Assembly: GCA_018780035.1 (NCBI GenBank)
Contig: JADMKE010000014.1
Coordinates: 73,271 to 137,270, forward strand
Length of the DNA stretch: 64,000 bases
Reading direction: 5' to 3'
Origin: Candidatus Sericytochromatia bacterium
Lineage (GTDB): Bacteria > Cyanobacteriota > Sericytochromatia > UBA7694
Each line of letters begins with the position of its first letter. The stretch's first letter is position 1. The notes below the pieces were generated by a model that saw only the letters and a program-made list of their open reading frames with translations, ran no database searches and had not been told where the DNA came from. This document shows positions 22,181 to 31,289 of the stretch, piece after piece. The position numbers and the translations under genes are program-made.

Positions 22181-22714
22181 CTAGACCAGAGATTGGGCCA
22201 GTCCAGCCAATTGGGTTTTGAGTGAGCCGTCGATCATGCGATCGCCAATTTTGATGCGCACACCGCCCAAGAGGGACGGATCTGTTTCACAGCGCATTTC
22301 CACGGACTGACCGAGATAATCTTCAAGTTCCTGTTTGAGCAAGACCTCTGTCTTCTTAACCAAGGGAACTGCTGTAACCACTTCTGTGACTACTTTTTTG
22401 TGCAGCTGATTAAGCAAGCGCTGGTATTCAGCGGCAATTTCACTCAGATAATTTTCACGTTTTTTGTCTACCAACAGGTAGAGAAAATTCAGCATTTCAG
22501 CTGGGATTTTGGCTTCAAACAGCTGTGTGAAAGTTGAACGTTTGTCGTTTTTTTTAATCACAGGATGCTGTAAGATGCGTTTCAAATCGGGATTTGAATT
22601 GACCAAGTCACACACACTGTGCAATGTGGCGCCAAATTCATCCGCTTTATTTAAGTCGTGGGCCAGGCCAAACAGCGCTGCGGCATAGCGCTCAGCAATG
22701 ACTTTTTGCTTCAT
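22181..22714 (-). CDS. atpH: ATP synthase delta (OSCP) subunit
   Basis: Size and position; ERYAAALF N-terminus typical of delta. Confidence 0.8.
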   Translation of the reverse strand: MKQKVIAERYAAALFGLAHDLNKADEFGATLHSVCDLVNSNPDLKRILQHPVIKKNDKRSTFTQLFEAKIPAEMLNFLYLLVDKKRENYLSEIAAEYQRLLNQLHKKVVTEVVTAVPLVKKTEVLLKQELEDYLGQSVEMRCETDPSLLGGVRIKIGDRMIDGSLKTQLAGLAQSLV

Positions 22715-23199
22715 GATTTAAACTCCTTGAAGTCTTTGAGAGAGAAGGCAAAATCTTCCACCAAAGCGGAATGGCCCTTTTGGTCGAGACGTTGGCTTGC
22801 CATTTCTTGGGCGGTGGCCATGACCTGATTGACCAAATCAGCTTTGAGACGCAGTTTGAGATTGTGAAATTCCTGCTCAATCTGGCGCTCCATGCGGACG
22901 CGCAAAGCCTCAATCTCGCGGACAGTATCTGTTTCAATTTTGCTCGCAGCGGCGATGCCACGGGCTTCAGCCTCTTGGCGAATCGAGGCAATTTCTTGCT
23001 CAACCACAGCCATTTGGCGTTTATGGGATTCCAATTCCTGGTTGATATCTGCCAGGTTTTTTTCGGCCTCTTCTACAGAATGAATGATTCCCTGTTGTTT
23101 TTTATCCATGGCCTCAGAAATTTTGGGAACCACAAATTTAAACAGCAAGAAAACCAAAATACCAAAATTGAGAACCGAAGCAACGATGAGATTTAACAT
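22711..23199 (-). CDS. atpF: Fo ATP synthase b subunit
   Basis: N-terminal TM helix plus long charged coiled coil; ATGA overlaps with flanking genes. Confidence 0.8.
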   Translation of the reverse strand: MLNLIVASVLNFGILVFLLFKFVVPKISEAMDKKQQGIIHSVEEAEKNLADINQELESHKRQMAVVEQEIASIRQEAEARGIAAASKIETDTVREIEALRVRMERQIEQEFHNLKLRLKADLVNQVMATAQEMASQRLDQKGHSALVEDFAFSLKDFKEFKS

Positions 23200-23654
23200 T
23201 ATCCGACGCTCACTTCTTGTTTGCTCTCGGGTTCAGATAAACCCAGCAACTGGGCCAGAATCAACTCGGCCAGGGGATTCACTTCTTTTTCAAGCGATGA
23301 ACGCAAACCGGCTTCTTGACCTGCCAATTCTTCTTTGGCCTCATTCATACGGGCTTCCATTTCAGCGTTGACATTGCGCAATTCTGCTTCACGCGCTTGG
23401 GTGGCTGCAGCCACTTGGGAGGAGACCAATTCAAAGGCCTCCTGGCGGGCAGCATCCAGCTTCTGATGATAGCCTTCGCGCATGGATTTTAACTCTTGCA
23501 TGCGGCTTTCAGCGGACTTACGCGCGCCGTCAACAGCTTCTTGGCGTTCACTCTGAATGCGCAGAATCGGCTTAAAAAAGATTTGGTTTAAAATGGCCAA
23601 TAATACGAGAAAATTAATGGCCTGGATTAATATTGTTGCATCAAATTCAACCAC
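23199..23654 (-). CDS. Fo ATP synthase b' subunit
   Basis: Second b-type subunit (TM helix plus coiled coil) immediately upstream of atpF. Confidence 0.7.
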   Translation of the reverse strand: MVEFDATILIQAINFLVLLAILNQIFFKPILRIQSERQEAVDGARKSAESRMQELKSMREGYHQKLDAARQEAFELVSSQVAAATQAREAELRNVNAEMEARMNEAKEELAGQEAGLRSSLEKEVNPLAELILAQLLGLSEPESKQEVSVG

Positions 23655-23711
23655 GTGTGCTACTCCTACTCCAGAATCTACGACAGTTTTTGCTACAATT
23701 TCGCGACAGAA

Positions 23712-23746
23712 AGTTCGCTACAGTTCGCTACAGTTCGCTACAGTTG
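23712..23746. repeat. Perfect 3x tandem repeat (agttcgctac) in the ATP synthase operon leader
   Basis: aagttcgcta cagttcgcta cagttcgcta cagttggtg. Confidence 0.6.
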
Positions 23747-23984
23747 GTGATGCAGAAGTATAGCATTCTTGATGGGGAATCAGCCAGGGAATGGAAGGGA
23801 GTAAGGGGTAGGTGTTAGGTTTTAGGTGTTAGCAGAAAAAGGCAAAAAACAGGCATTTCTCGCTCAGGTTTTAGGTTTCAGCTAAAAAACCAGTGGCAAA
23901 GCCACCCAAACAGAGACAAAGCAAAACCCCCAATGGGCTCTGTCTTCTCTCTTTTGCTAAAACCGAGAACCTGAACCCTAAAAG

Positions 23985-25883
23985 CTATCTAAACAGGGTA
24001 TTGATATCGTCCACAACGGCGTTGTGGGTGCTGATAATTTTGGAGATGGCGGCAAAGACCTTCTGGGCCAAACCGAGCATCGGTACATACTCTGTCAGCG
24101 AGGCCGTCGACGTTTCGAGTGACGCCTGCGCAATGCGAGAGCGCTGACGTTCTTGCCAGGCATTTTTGACTTCAACAGCAGCAAAATTGGTCTGATTGAC
24201 GCTGAAAATATCCCCTGCGCGCAAATGGTTGTATTTGCCTTTGAGGTCAGCCACCATGGCATGCACTTCAAGATTGTTAAAATCATTGCGCACAGAGACA
24301 TAGCCGCTGATATCGCGTCCAGCGCCGCCCAAATCAAAGGTTTGAACAGCCCCATTGACAGAAAATGTCAAAATCTTATCGGCGCTCAAGGTCGTCACGA
24401 CCCGTGCCATGGCACCCACCAAGGGCACACCGACAGCCGTGGCAGGCAAAGCAATTGCAGCCATTGGCAAGGTACCAACAGGGGGCGCGATCTGAACCGG
24501 GTTTTTGTCGTAACCATTGGGGTATTGCATGACCCTGACGGTTCCCGCCACAGGGTTATAAATAACGGCAAAGCCGCCTGAATTGAGCCTGTGGGGATCA
24601 TCTTGGCCAAAGCCAACAACCAGGGTAGAACCCACATCATTGCTGACCCGAACATCCATCTCTAATTCAAATTCAGATGTGGCACGGGACTCGCCCACAA
24701 CCATCCCGGCTGAGCCAAGGGTATTGCGGGAACTCAGAAAGCCATTGACTTTATCATGGGTATAAAGCGCAGCAGGCTGGCTGTACTGGGTCAAGAACGT
24801 CGTGGCAATCGGGTATGCACCAGCCACATTGCCCGCATCCAAGACACTGTAAGCAGCACTTGTGCTGTTATCAATATCTTCATAGCTGCGGATCACGGTT
24901 TCAGGCACGCTGTTGGCATTGAGGTCTTCGGTATTGGTGGCGGCTTGGTTAAAGCCAAATTTAAAGAATTTGCGGAAGGCATCTCCGTTATTGCCACCAA
25001 AAATAATTTGGGTATTGGCCCCCGGAACCGTTTGTTCGTTGCGAATGATCAGGCGATCTTGCACAGGCTCATAGACAGCACTGACACGGCCCCCAAAACC
25101 GGCACCATAGGCATTGATAGCGGCAACCACACTCGGAATAGTGGCGGTTGTCGGGTCAAAGGCCGCGAAGTTAAACACACCGTTGACACCAAAATCAATG
25201 TCCAAACCCGCCAAACCTGTGGGCCAACCGGGATTATTCACTGCGGGCAAAATATAGGGATCATCGTAAATATAGGTCATGCCATCAGTGGTTGTGGAAA
25301 AATCGTTTTTAATCCGCAGAGGCAGATCGCCATCGACTTGAAAAACCGTGGAGCCGTATTGAGACATCAAAAGGCCATCGCGATTGGCCACACTGACCAA
25401 GAGCAAAGATTTATCGCCATATTTGAGTAATTCTTTGGAATAGCCATCAATACTAAAGGTATCAGAACGATCCGTGATGTCCCGGCGAATAAAACCCTGA
25501 CCACTGGAGACCACTTTTAAGCCAGCACTGTTGGCCAAATAACCTTCACTGGTCCAGTGAAACTCCCCATCACGGGTGAGAAAATAACGTCCTGCATTAT
25601 CCGCCAAGACAAAGAAACCCTCTCCTTGAATGGCAAAATGTGCTGAAGACTCAGAATTGACAATGGAACCCTGTCCCCACTCCATACTTGTGGCTTGAAC
25701 ACTCATGGTTGAAGCGGGAATAAAGGTATCTGTAGTGGTATAGAGTTGGCCCAGACCATCGGTAATACTCATGCGCGTGGGCTTATAAGCAGTGCGCGAA
25801 GTGCCTTGCATATTGCCGTTAATAATACCGATCCAGGAGTTGACTGCAACGAGGGAATTGACACCAACTTTTTCGAGAGCCAT
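23985..25883 (-). CDS. flgE: Flagellar hook protein FlgE-like (large, with inserted central domain), paralog 1
   Basis: N-terminus VNSLVAVNSWIGIINGNMQGTSRTAYK resembles the FlgE/FlgG rod-hook N-terminal motif; C-terminus LETSTASLTEYVPMLGLAQKVFAAISKIISTHNAVVDDINTLFR resembles the FlgE C-terminal [43 protein letters not shown]. Confidence 0.75.
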   Translation of the reverse strand: MALEKVGVNSLVAVNSWIGIINGNMQGTSRTAYKPTRMSITDGLGQLYTTTDTFIPASTMSVQATSMEWGQGSIVNSESSAHFAIQGEGFFVLADNAGRYFLTRDGEFHWTSEGYLANSAGLKVVSSGQGFIRRDITDRSDTFSIDGYSKELLKYGDKSLLLVSVANRDGLLMSQYGSTVFQVDGDLPLRIKNDFSTTTDGMTYIYDDPYILPAVNNPGWPTGLAGLDIDFGVNGVFNFAAFDPTTATIPSVVAAINAYGAGFGGRVSAVYEPVQDRLIIRNEQTVPGANTQIIFGGNNGDAFRKFFKFGFNQAATNTEDLNANSVPETVIRSYEDIDNSTSAAYSVLDAGNVAGAYPIATTFLTQYSQPAALYTHDKVNGFLSSRNTLGSAGMVVGESRATSEFELEMDVRVSNDVGSTLVVGFGQDDPHRLNSGGFAVIYNPVAGTVRVMQYPNGYDKNPVQIAPPVGTLPMAAIALPATAVGVPLVGAMARVVTTLSADKILTFSVNGAVQTFDLGGAGRDISGYVSVRNDFNNLEVHAMVADLKGKYNHLRAGDIFSVNQTNFAAVEVKNAWQERQRSRIAQASLETSTASLTEYVPMLGLAQKVFAAISKIISTHNAVVDDINTLFR

Positions 25884-25996
25884 GTGAGTTGCCTTTCAGT
25901 GCTGTAAATGGGTGCGGAAAGACCCTAGATTCATTTTAGCGGATCAGCTTTGTTTTGAGTTCACGACTTATCAGGAATTTAATCACAAAAAAAAGT

Positions 25997-26010
25997 ATTT
26001 TGCAATTTTT
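25997..26010. promoter_or_regulatory. TTTTGCAATTTT palindromic motif upstream of flgE paralog 1
   Basis: Near-identical motif GAAAATTGCAATTTT at 27998..28012 upstream of paralog 2, and gaaaattgcaatt at 17288..17300. Confidence 0.35.
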
Positions 26011-26026
26011 AATTTATTTTTAATAC

Positions 26027-27943
26027 TTATCGCAGGGTGCTGTTGATATCATCAATCATCGCATTTTGGGCGGAAATGATTTTCGAAATCGAAGCAAAAA
26101 CTTTTTGAGCAAGCGCCAACATCGGCACATACTCGGTCAAAGAGCCCGTCGAAGACTCCAGCGACGATTGCACAATTCGGGTGCGCTGCCGCTCTTGCCA
26201 GCGCTCAAGAATTTCTGGAGACGAGACATTGGTGGGACTCATGCTGACCACATCCCCCGTGCGCATCACATTGTAGGGCTGATGAAAATCGGCCCTTAAA
26301 TTATGCACCTGCAAAAAATTGGCTGCATTGCGCAGCGAAAGATAGCCATTGATCTCATCAGCGGCACCCGCCAGATTAAACGAGACCGTCGCACCATTGA
26401 TGTTTAAGGTGAGGATTTGCTCTTCATCCATTTTCACCACCATGCGCCGCAGGGGATCGGCCCCCGTAGGAGGAGCCCCGGCTGCGGTGATCCCCAGCGT
26501 GGCTGTTTGCAAGGTGACAGCTGCTCCATTGGCATCACGGGGGCGTTGTTGCAGGGTCACAGCGCCCGTACCCGTATTGTAAATCAAGGCGTAGCCAGAA
26601 GAGTTAATTTTGTGGGCATCGGTTTGACCAAAGCCAAAGACGATCACCCCCGCAGAGGCTTTGTATTCAACTTCCACATCAAAAATCGCAGTTTGTTGCG
26701 ATTCCCCGATCACCATCACGCCAGAGCCACCGGCTGTGGCATCGGATTGCAAAAATCCATTGGGTTTATCGTGAAAATAGGTGGCCGGGTGAACAGGCCC
26801 CAAGCTGAGAGACTGAAGGGTGGCGTTTAAATCCACCGCGGCCAAATCCAAGGCAGTCCGAAACCGGCTATTGTCGATATCGATGTGACTGCTCAAGACC
26901 GTTTCCAGATTGGCATCGTTGTCGCGATCGTCAATCGGCAGACTGGATTGGTTCTGGTCAAATTGGAAAAATTTGCGAAAAGACAAGCCATTGGCTCCCC
27001 CCAAGACAATGGGGGTATTGATCACGCCTCCGCCAATATTCTGTTCGTTGTGAATAAAGAGCTGATCTGAATCAATGTCAAAATAGGCCGAGACCCGTCC
27101 ACCCACCGTGGCACCATAATTATTGATCGCACTCACAATATGCGTAATGGTATTGGCATTGGCATCAAAATCAACGCCCACCCCCAAAGGGTTAAAGGCA
27201 TTAAAATTGAAAAAGCCATTGTCGCCAAAATCGATTGAAAAATCACTCGAATAGCCCGGTGGTGGAACCGCAATAAAAGGAACCCATTCGGGATCATTGA
27301 CCGCAGGCAATTGCAGCGGGTCGTCATAGATCAGGCTCAGACCATCGGTGGTTTCGCTCATGTCATTGCGCAAACGCAAAGGCAGCCCACCATCAATCGA
27401 AAAGACTGTGGAGCCAAATTGGCTCATGCGCAAGCCATCGCGATTGGCCACATCCACCACCAACAGAGATTTATCACCGTAGCGCAGGAGTTCTTCGGAA
27501 TTGCCGTTGGGGTCAAAGGTGTCGGAGCGATCACGGCGGTCGCGACGGATAAAGTCTTGACCACTGGAAATCACTTTTAAACCCGCACTGTTGACCAAAT
27601 AGCCATTGCCATCCCAGTGAAACTCCCCATCGCGGGTCAAATAATAGCGGCCAGCAGTATCAGCCACCACAAAAAAACCTTCGCCTTGCAAAGCAAAATG
27701 GCTGCTCTGATCAGAATTAATGATCGATCCCTGGGCCCATTCCCAGGAAGTGGCTTGCACAGTGAGGGTCGGCAAGGGGGTAAAAATCTCATTTTGGGTA
27801 TACAAATAGCCAGAGCCATCTGTGAGGTGGGGTCTCACCGTTTTGTAACCCACACGCGAGGCTCCCTGAAGATTGGAATTGATCAAACCAATCCAGGAAT
27901 TCACAGCCAGAAGTGAGCGAACCCCGACCTGGGTCATCGACAT
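26027..27943 (-). CDS. flgE: Flagellar hook protein FlgE-like, paralog 2 (tandem duplicate)
   Basis: Same N- and C-terminal motifs; roughly 50% identical to paralog 1 with divergent central domain. Confidence 0.75.
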   Translation of the reverse strand: MSMTQVGVRSLLAVNSWIGLINSNLQGASRVGYKTVRPHLTDGSGYLYTQNEIFTPLPTLTVQATSWEWAQGSIINSDQSSHFALQGEGFFVVADTAGRYYLTRDGEFHWDGNGYLVNSAGLKVISSGQDFIRRDRRDRSDTFDPNGNSEELLRYGDKSLLVVDVANRDGLRMSQFGSTVFSIDGGLPLRLRNDMSETTDGLSLIYDDPLQLPAVNDPEWVPFIAVPPPGYSSDFSIDFGDNGFFNFNAFNPLGVGVDFDANANTITHIVSAINNYGATVGGRVSAYFDIDSDQLFIHNEQNIGGGVINTPIVLGGANGLSFRKFFQFDQNQSSLPIDDRDNDANLETVLSSHIDIDNSRFRTALDLAAVDLNATLQSLSLGPVHPATYFHDKPNGFLQSDATAGGSGVMVIGESQQTAIFDVEVEYKASAGVIVFGFGQTDAHKINSSGYALIYNTGTGAVTLQQRPRDANGAAVTLQTATLGITAAGAPPTGADPLRRMVVKMDEEQILTLNINGATVSFNLAGAADEINGYLSLRNAANFLQVHNLRADFHQPYNVMRTGDVVSMSPTNVSSPEILERWQERQRTRIVQSSLESSTGSLTEYVPMLALAQKVFASISKIISAQNAMIDDINSTLR

Positions 27944-27997
27944 AGCGGACCTGCCTGCAGAAAATGGGATTTAAACTTTATTGTAAGCAGCCACGCG

Positions 27998-28012
27998 GAA
28001 AATTGCAATTTT
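27998..28012. promoter_or_regulatory. GAAAATTGCAATTTT palindromic motif upstream of flgE paralog 2
   Basis: Perfect 14-bp palindrome AAAATTGCAATTTT about 55 nt upstream of the ATG. Confidence 0.35.
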
Positions 28013-28017
28013 ATCCC

Positions 28018-28785
28018 TCAGCCGATTTGCGCGCAAAGACGTTGCCGCACCACTTCGTACATGGCCAGAGAGGCCGCCACAGAAGCATTTAAGGAACGAT
28101 CTCCCTGCATCGGAATGTGCACCAAGCGATCGCAGTGTTTTTGTACATTGGGTCTCAGACCTTTGTGTTCGCTGCCGATCACCAAAGCCACAGGCCCTTT
28201 AAAATCGGCCTGAAAATAGCTCTCGTGCGCATCAAGAGCAAAGCCTGTGCTCCAAATATTCATTTCTTGCAAATCTTCCAGGGCCCGGCTGAGATTGGTC
28301 ACTTGAATCACGGGAATATTTTCAATCGCGCCAGCTGAGGCTTTGGCCACCCCTTCAGTCAGTCCCACTCCGCCATGGCGGGGAATGACCACCCCATCAG
28401 CGCCTGCGGCTTCTGCGGTGCGTAAAATCGCACCCAGATTGTGGGGGTCTTGAATCTGATCGAGCAGGATCACAAAGGGATCGCCCTCTTTGGCCCGCAA
28501 CTGCGCGCAGAAGTCTTCCCAGGAGAGGTACTCATAACTGCCCGTATCTGCGACCACGCCTTGGGTTTGCACACCGGGCGGACAGATTTTTTGCAGCCGT
28601 TCGGGCGGCGCAACCTGCACAGGAATGCCCTGTTCACGGGCCAATAATTGAAATTCTTTTAAAATACGTGGTTCGAGATTATTTGCCAACCAGAGCTTAT
28701 AAACGGGGCGTTCGTTCTTGAGGGCCGAACGCACAGGGTGTTTGCCATAAATTCGGGCAATCGAAGCTTCATCCGTCGAATTCAT
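28018..28785 (-). CDS. rlmB: SpoU/TrmH-family 23S rRNA (guanosine-2'-O)-methyltransferase
   Basis: KHPVRSAL N-terminal substrate-binding domain; SPOUT core HNLGAILRTAEAAG...GSEHKGL. Confidence 0.8.
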   Translation of the reverse strand: MNSTDEASIARIYGKHPVRSALKNERPVYKLWLANNLEPRILKEFQLLAREQGIPVQVAPPERLQKICPPGVQTQGVVADTGSYEYLSWEDFCAQLRAKEGDPFVILLDQIQDPHNLGAILRTAEAAGADGVVIPRHGGVGLTEGVAKASAGAIENIPVIQVTNLSRALEDLQEMNIWSTGFALDAHESYFQADFKGPVALVIGSEHKGLRPNVQKHCDRLVHIPMQGDRSLNASVAASLAMYEVVRQRLCAQIG

Positions 28786-29282
28786 AGATTTTCTTCTTTC
28801 AAGGGTTCCAGCTCTACCAATACCTGACCGGTACTGACAGACTCTCCCGCAGCACAGTGAACTTTTTGCACTTGGGCCGCAAATGGGGCATTTAAAGCGG
28901 TTTCCATTTTCATCGATTCGAGAATCACCACAGGATCCCCCACTTCAAGCACTTGCCCGACGCTGACATTGACCTGCAGGACTTTGCCCGTCAGTGGCGC
29001 TTCGATCAAATTGGAGTGGTTCAGGTCGTGGATCTGCCCCGCATTTTTCTTGATCCGCTCCAAGACAAAGCTCTGGCCCTGAAACGAAAGCATGAGTTGG
29101 TTGCGCTCCTGCAGCCCCTGCACCACTGAAACCTGGGCTCCCTGGCGCACCAGAAAAGAACCGGGCTCCAATTCTTGCACAGTGAGCAGATCTTCACCTT
29201 CTGGTGAGGTAAAGACAAAGTTCTCTTCTTGCCAAAGACCTTTGAGATCGAGAATCTCCTGCTGGTGCTTGTAGAGCGCCAT
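28782..29282 (-). CDS. Biotin/lipoyl-attachment (BCCP-like) domain protein, orphan (no accC/accA nearby)
   Basis: C-terminal hammerhead IEAPLTGKVL...DPVVILESMKMETALNAP with ESMKME resembling the biotinyl-lysine EAMKM motif. Confidence 0.65.
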   Translation of the reverse strand: MALYKHQQEILDLKGLWQEENFVFTSPEGEDLLTVQELEPGSFLVRQGAQVSVVQGLQERNQLMLSFQGQSFVLERIKKNAGQIHDLNHSNLIEAPLTGKVLQVNVSVGQVLEVGDPVVILESMKMETALNAPFAAQVQKVHCAAGESVSTGQVLVELEPLKEENL

Positions 29283-30679
29283 TAATATTTGCCCCCACCT
29301 GTGGCCTTGGTACCGGTGGCAATGGCAATACTGGCGCTGGCCCCAATCCGGGTCGCCCCCGCCTGAACCATTTTGATCGCCGTTTCGCGATCGCGAATGC
29401 TGCCAGAGGCCTTCACTTCCATGTCTGGGCGAATCGTGCGGCGCATCAGAGCCACATCCTGCTCAGTGGCGCCAGCGGTGCCAAAACCCGTCGAGGTTTT
29501 AACAAAGTGTGCACCGGCATTGGTCGAGAGTTGGCAGGCCAAGACCTTTTCGCTGTCGCTGAGCAAAGAGGTTTCAAAGATCACCTTGACCGTATTTCCT
29601 GCAGCAGCCTGCACCACTGCCCGGATATCTTCTTCAACGAGTTTTTCTTTGCCACTTTTGAGCGCCCCGACATTTAAGACCATGTCAATTTCTTGGGCCC
29701 CATTGGCAATGGCATTGCGGGTTTCATCGGCTTTGGTCTTGCTGTCGGTGGCACCCAGGGGAAAACCAATCACAGTACAGACCTTGACGGGCGTGCCTTT
29801 GAGCAATTGGGCACTCAGCGGTACCCAAGTGGGATTGACGCAAACTGAAGCAAAGCTGTATTGTTTGGCCTCGGCGCAGAGCTGACGGACCTGGGCTTCG
29901 GTGGCCTCGGGTTTGAGCAGGGTGTGGTCGATCAAAGGGGCCAAATCGGCAGGCACGGGATGCATGCCCAAGGCAGAGGCCACCCGTTGAGCCCCGGATT
30001 GCACCAGCGAGCGTACCCGGTCGGTACAGGCCGAAGCACAATTGCCTTGCAATTCACAGCCCTGGCAATTGGCGGGCAAACTCGGGGCTTTGCCTGCGGC
30101 TGAAATGGCATCAGCCATGATTGAAACCGGCAGCGGAGGCAGGGGAAAAATATGTTCCAAATCGCTCAGGCGGCCTAATTTGACCCCCAAAGTACTCAAT
30201 TTTTTGCCCAATTCACTTTCGTGTTCGAGCATAAAATCGTCCAACAGCAACGCCGTTTTGCTGCGACTGAGGGCCTCAACCACCAGGGCCGAAGCCAGAC
30301 TTTCCCGGTTGAGACGGCCAATTTGCTGCAAGAGCGTGCGGTTGGCACCGACAATTGCAAGGCGGTCAACACTGTCGAGCAAAGCTTTGGCTTGGCCGGG
30401 ACGGGCCTCGGGACTCATAAAGGAGATCTCCAGGCCTTGGGCCTCAAAAGGCGCATTGCTCCACAGGCCCTGGGCCCATTTCGGGGCCACCAATTGTAAA
30501 TGGGCCCGCGACTTCCACTGGCCGAGTTTGGCCAGCACAGGCTGCAAATCCAAATCCGAGCGGGAGAAGACGATCAAAACACGGCTATAAGGCACAGCAG
30601 GGGACTGCGCGGCCTGGCCGCCATAGAGTTCGGAGAGCAGTTCGCGGGTCACTTCTTCAGCAATTTTTTCAATATTCAT
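29282..30679 (-). CDS. deoC: Deoxyribose-phosphate aldolase (DeoC) fused to a novel roughly 200-aa N-terminal domain carrying a CxxCx5Cx3C cluster
   Basis: C-terminal half has DeoC blocks ([62 protein letters not shown]). Start set at MNIEKIAEE (ATG about 30679), 5 nt after the rpiB stop; the ORF-track N-terminal extension to 31129 overlaps rpiB and was rejected. Confidence 0.75.
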   Translation of the reverse strand: MNIEKIAEEVTRELLSELYGGQAAQSPAVPYSRVLIVFSRSDLDLQPVLAKLGQWKSRAHLQLVAPKWAQGLWSNAPFEAQGLEISFMSPEARPGQAKALLDSVDRLAIVGANRTLLQQIGRLNRESLASALVVEALSRSKTALLLDDFMLEHESELGKKLSTLGVKLGRLSDLEHIFPLPPLPVSIMADAISAAGKAPSLPANCQGCELQGNCASACTDRVRSLVQSGAQRVASALGMHPVPADLAPLIDHTLLKPEATEAQVRQLCAEAKQYSFASVCVNPTWVPLSAQLLKGTPVKVCTVIGFPLGATDSKTKADETRNAIANGAQEIDMVLNVGALKSGKEKLVEEDIRAVVQAAAGNTVKVIFETSLLSDSEKVLACQLSTNAGAHFVKTSTGFGTAGATEQDVALMRRTIRPDMEVKASGSIRDRETAIKMVQAGATRIGASASIAIATGTKATGGGKY

Positions 30680-30683
30680 AAGG

Positions 30684-31142
30684 CTATTTTCCGAATCCGT
30701 AAATTTGCTTTTCGAGGTGCAGAATCTTGTCGATGCGCTTTTGATGGCGCGCCTCAAAGGTTGTTTCGAGCCAGACTTTGACAATTTCTTGGGCCAGCCC
30801 TGTGCCGACAACCTGAGAGCCAAGGGTGAGTACATTGGCCTGATTGTGGGCCCGGCTGTTGCGGGCCATGTAGATATCGTTGCAATTCCCTGCGCGCACA
30901 CCCGGCAGTTTATTCGCCACCATCGCGCTGCCGATCCCGGCCCCATCGACAATAATGCCCAAGGGAAACTGGCCCTCAGCCACTGCAGCAGCCACCAAGA
31001 AGGCAAAATCAGGGTAATCCACGGCCTCGGTACTGTGGGTGCCAAAGTCCACCACTTCGTAGTGAAAGGTGTCTTTGATATATTGCTTGAGTTTCTCTTT
31101 GAGTTCGAAGCCGCCGTGATCGCTGCCAATTGCCAGTTTCAT
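30684..31142 (-). CDS. rpiB: Ribose-5-phosphate isomerase B (RpiB/LacAB family)
   Basis: [18 protein letters not shown]...[17 protein letters not shown]...LTLGSQVVG; start chosen at MKLAIG, the upstream 43-aa extension being doubtful. Confidence 0.8.
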   Translation of the reverse strand: MKLAIGSDHGGFELKEKLKQYIKDTFHYEVVDFGTHSTEAVDYPDFAFLVAAAVAEGQFPLGIIVDGAGIGSAMVANKLPGVRAGNCNDIYMARNSRAHNQANVLTLGSQVVGTGLAQEIVKVWLETTFEARHQKRIDKILHLEKQIYGFGK

Positions 31143-31289
31143 GCTGTCTAAACCTGTGCCTGAGATTGTACCTGAGATAAGGCAGAAACGGGGGATCGCC
31201 GCAGTTTTCATCCAGAGAGGGCAACCCAGCCTGCCGCATGTCATCTTACCACGGATGGGCCTGTGCGTCACGCAGGGCCCGTCATGAGC

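Noticed and set aside
23700-23760. CRISPR array
   Set aside because: Only three 10-nt units with no spacers; no cas genes. It is a simple tandem repeat.
25884-28017. Sigma-54 (TGGCAC-N5-TTGCA) or sigma-28 promoters for the flgE paralogs
   Set aside because: TTGCA is present, but no correctly spaced GG element; the GCGATAAG match lies 140 nt from the ATG inside the upstream gene end. Reported only as a shared palindrome.
29282-31129. 615-aa version of the DeoC fusion ORF
   Set aside because: The first roughly 150 codons overlap the rpiB gene in another frame and lack domain content; start moved to MNIEKIAEE, 5 nt after the rpiB stop.
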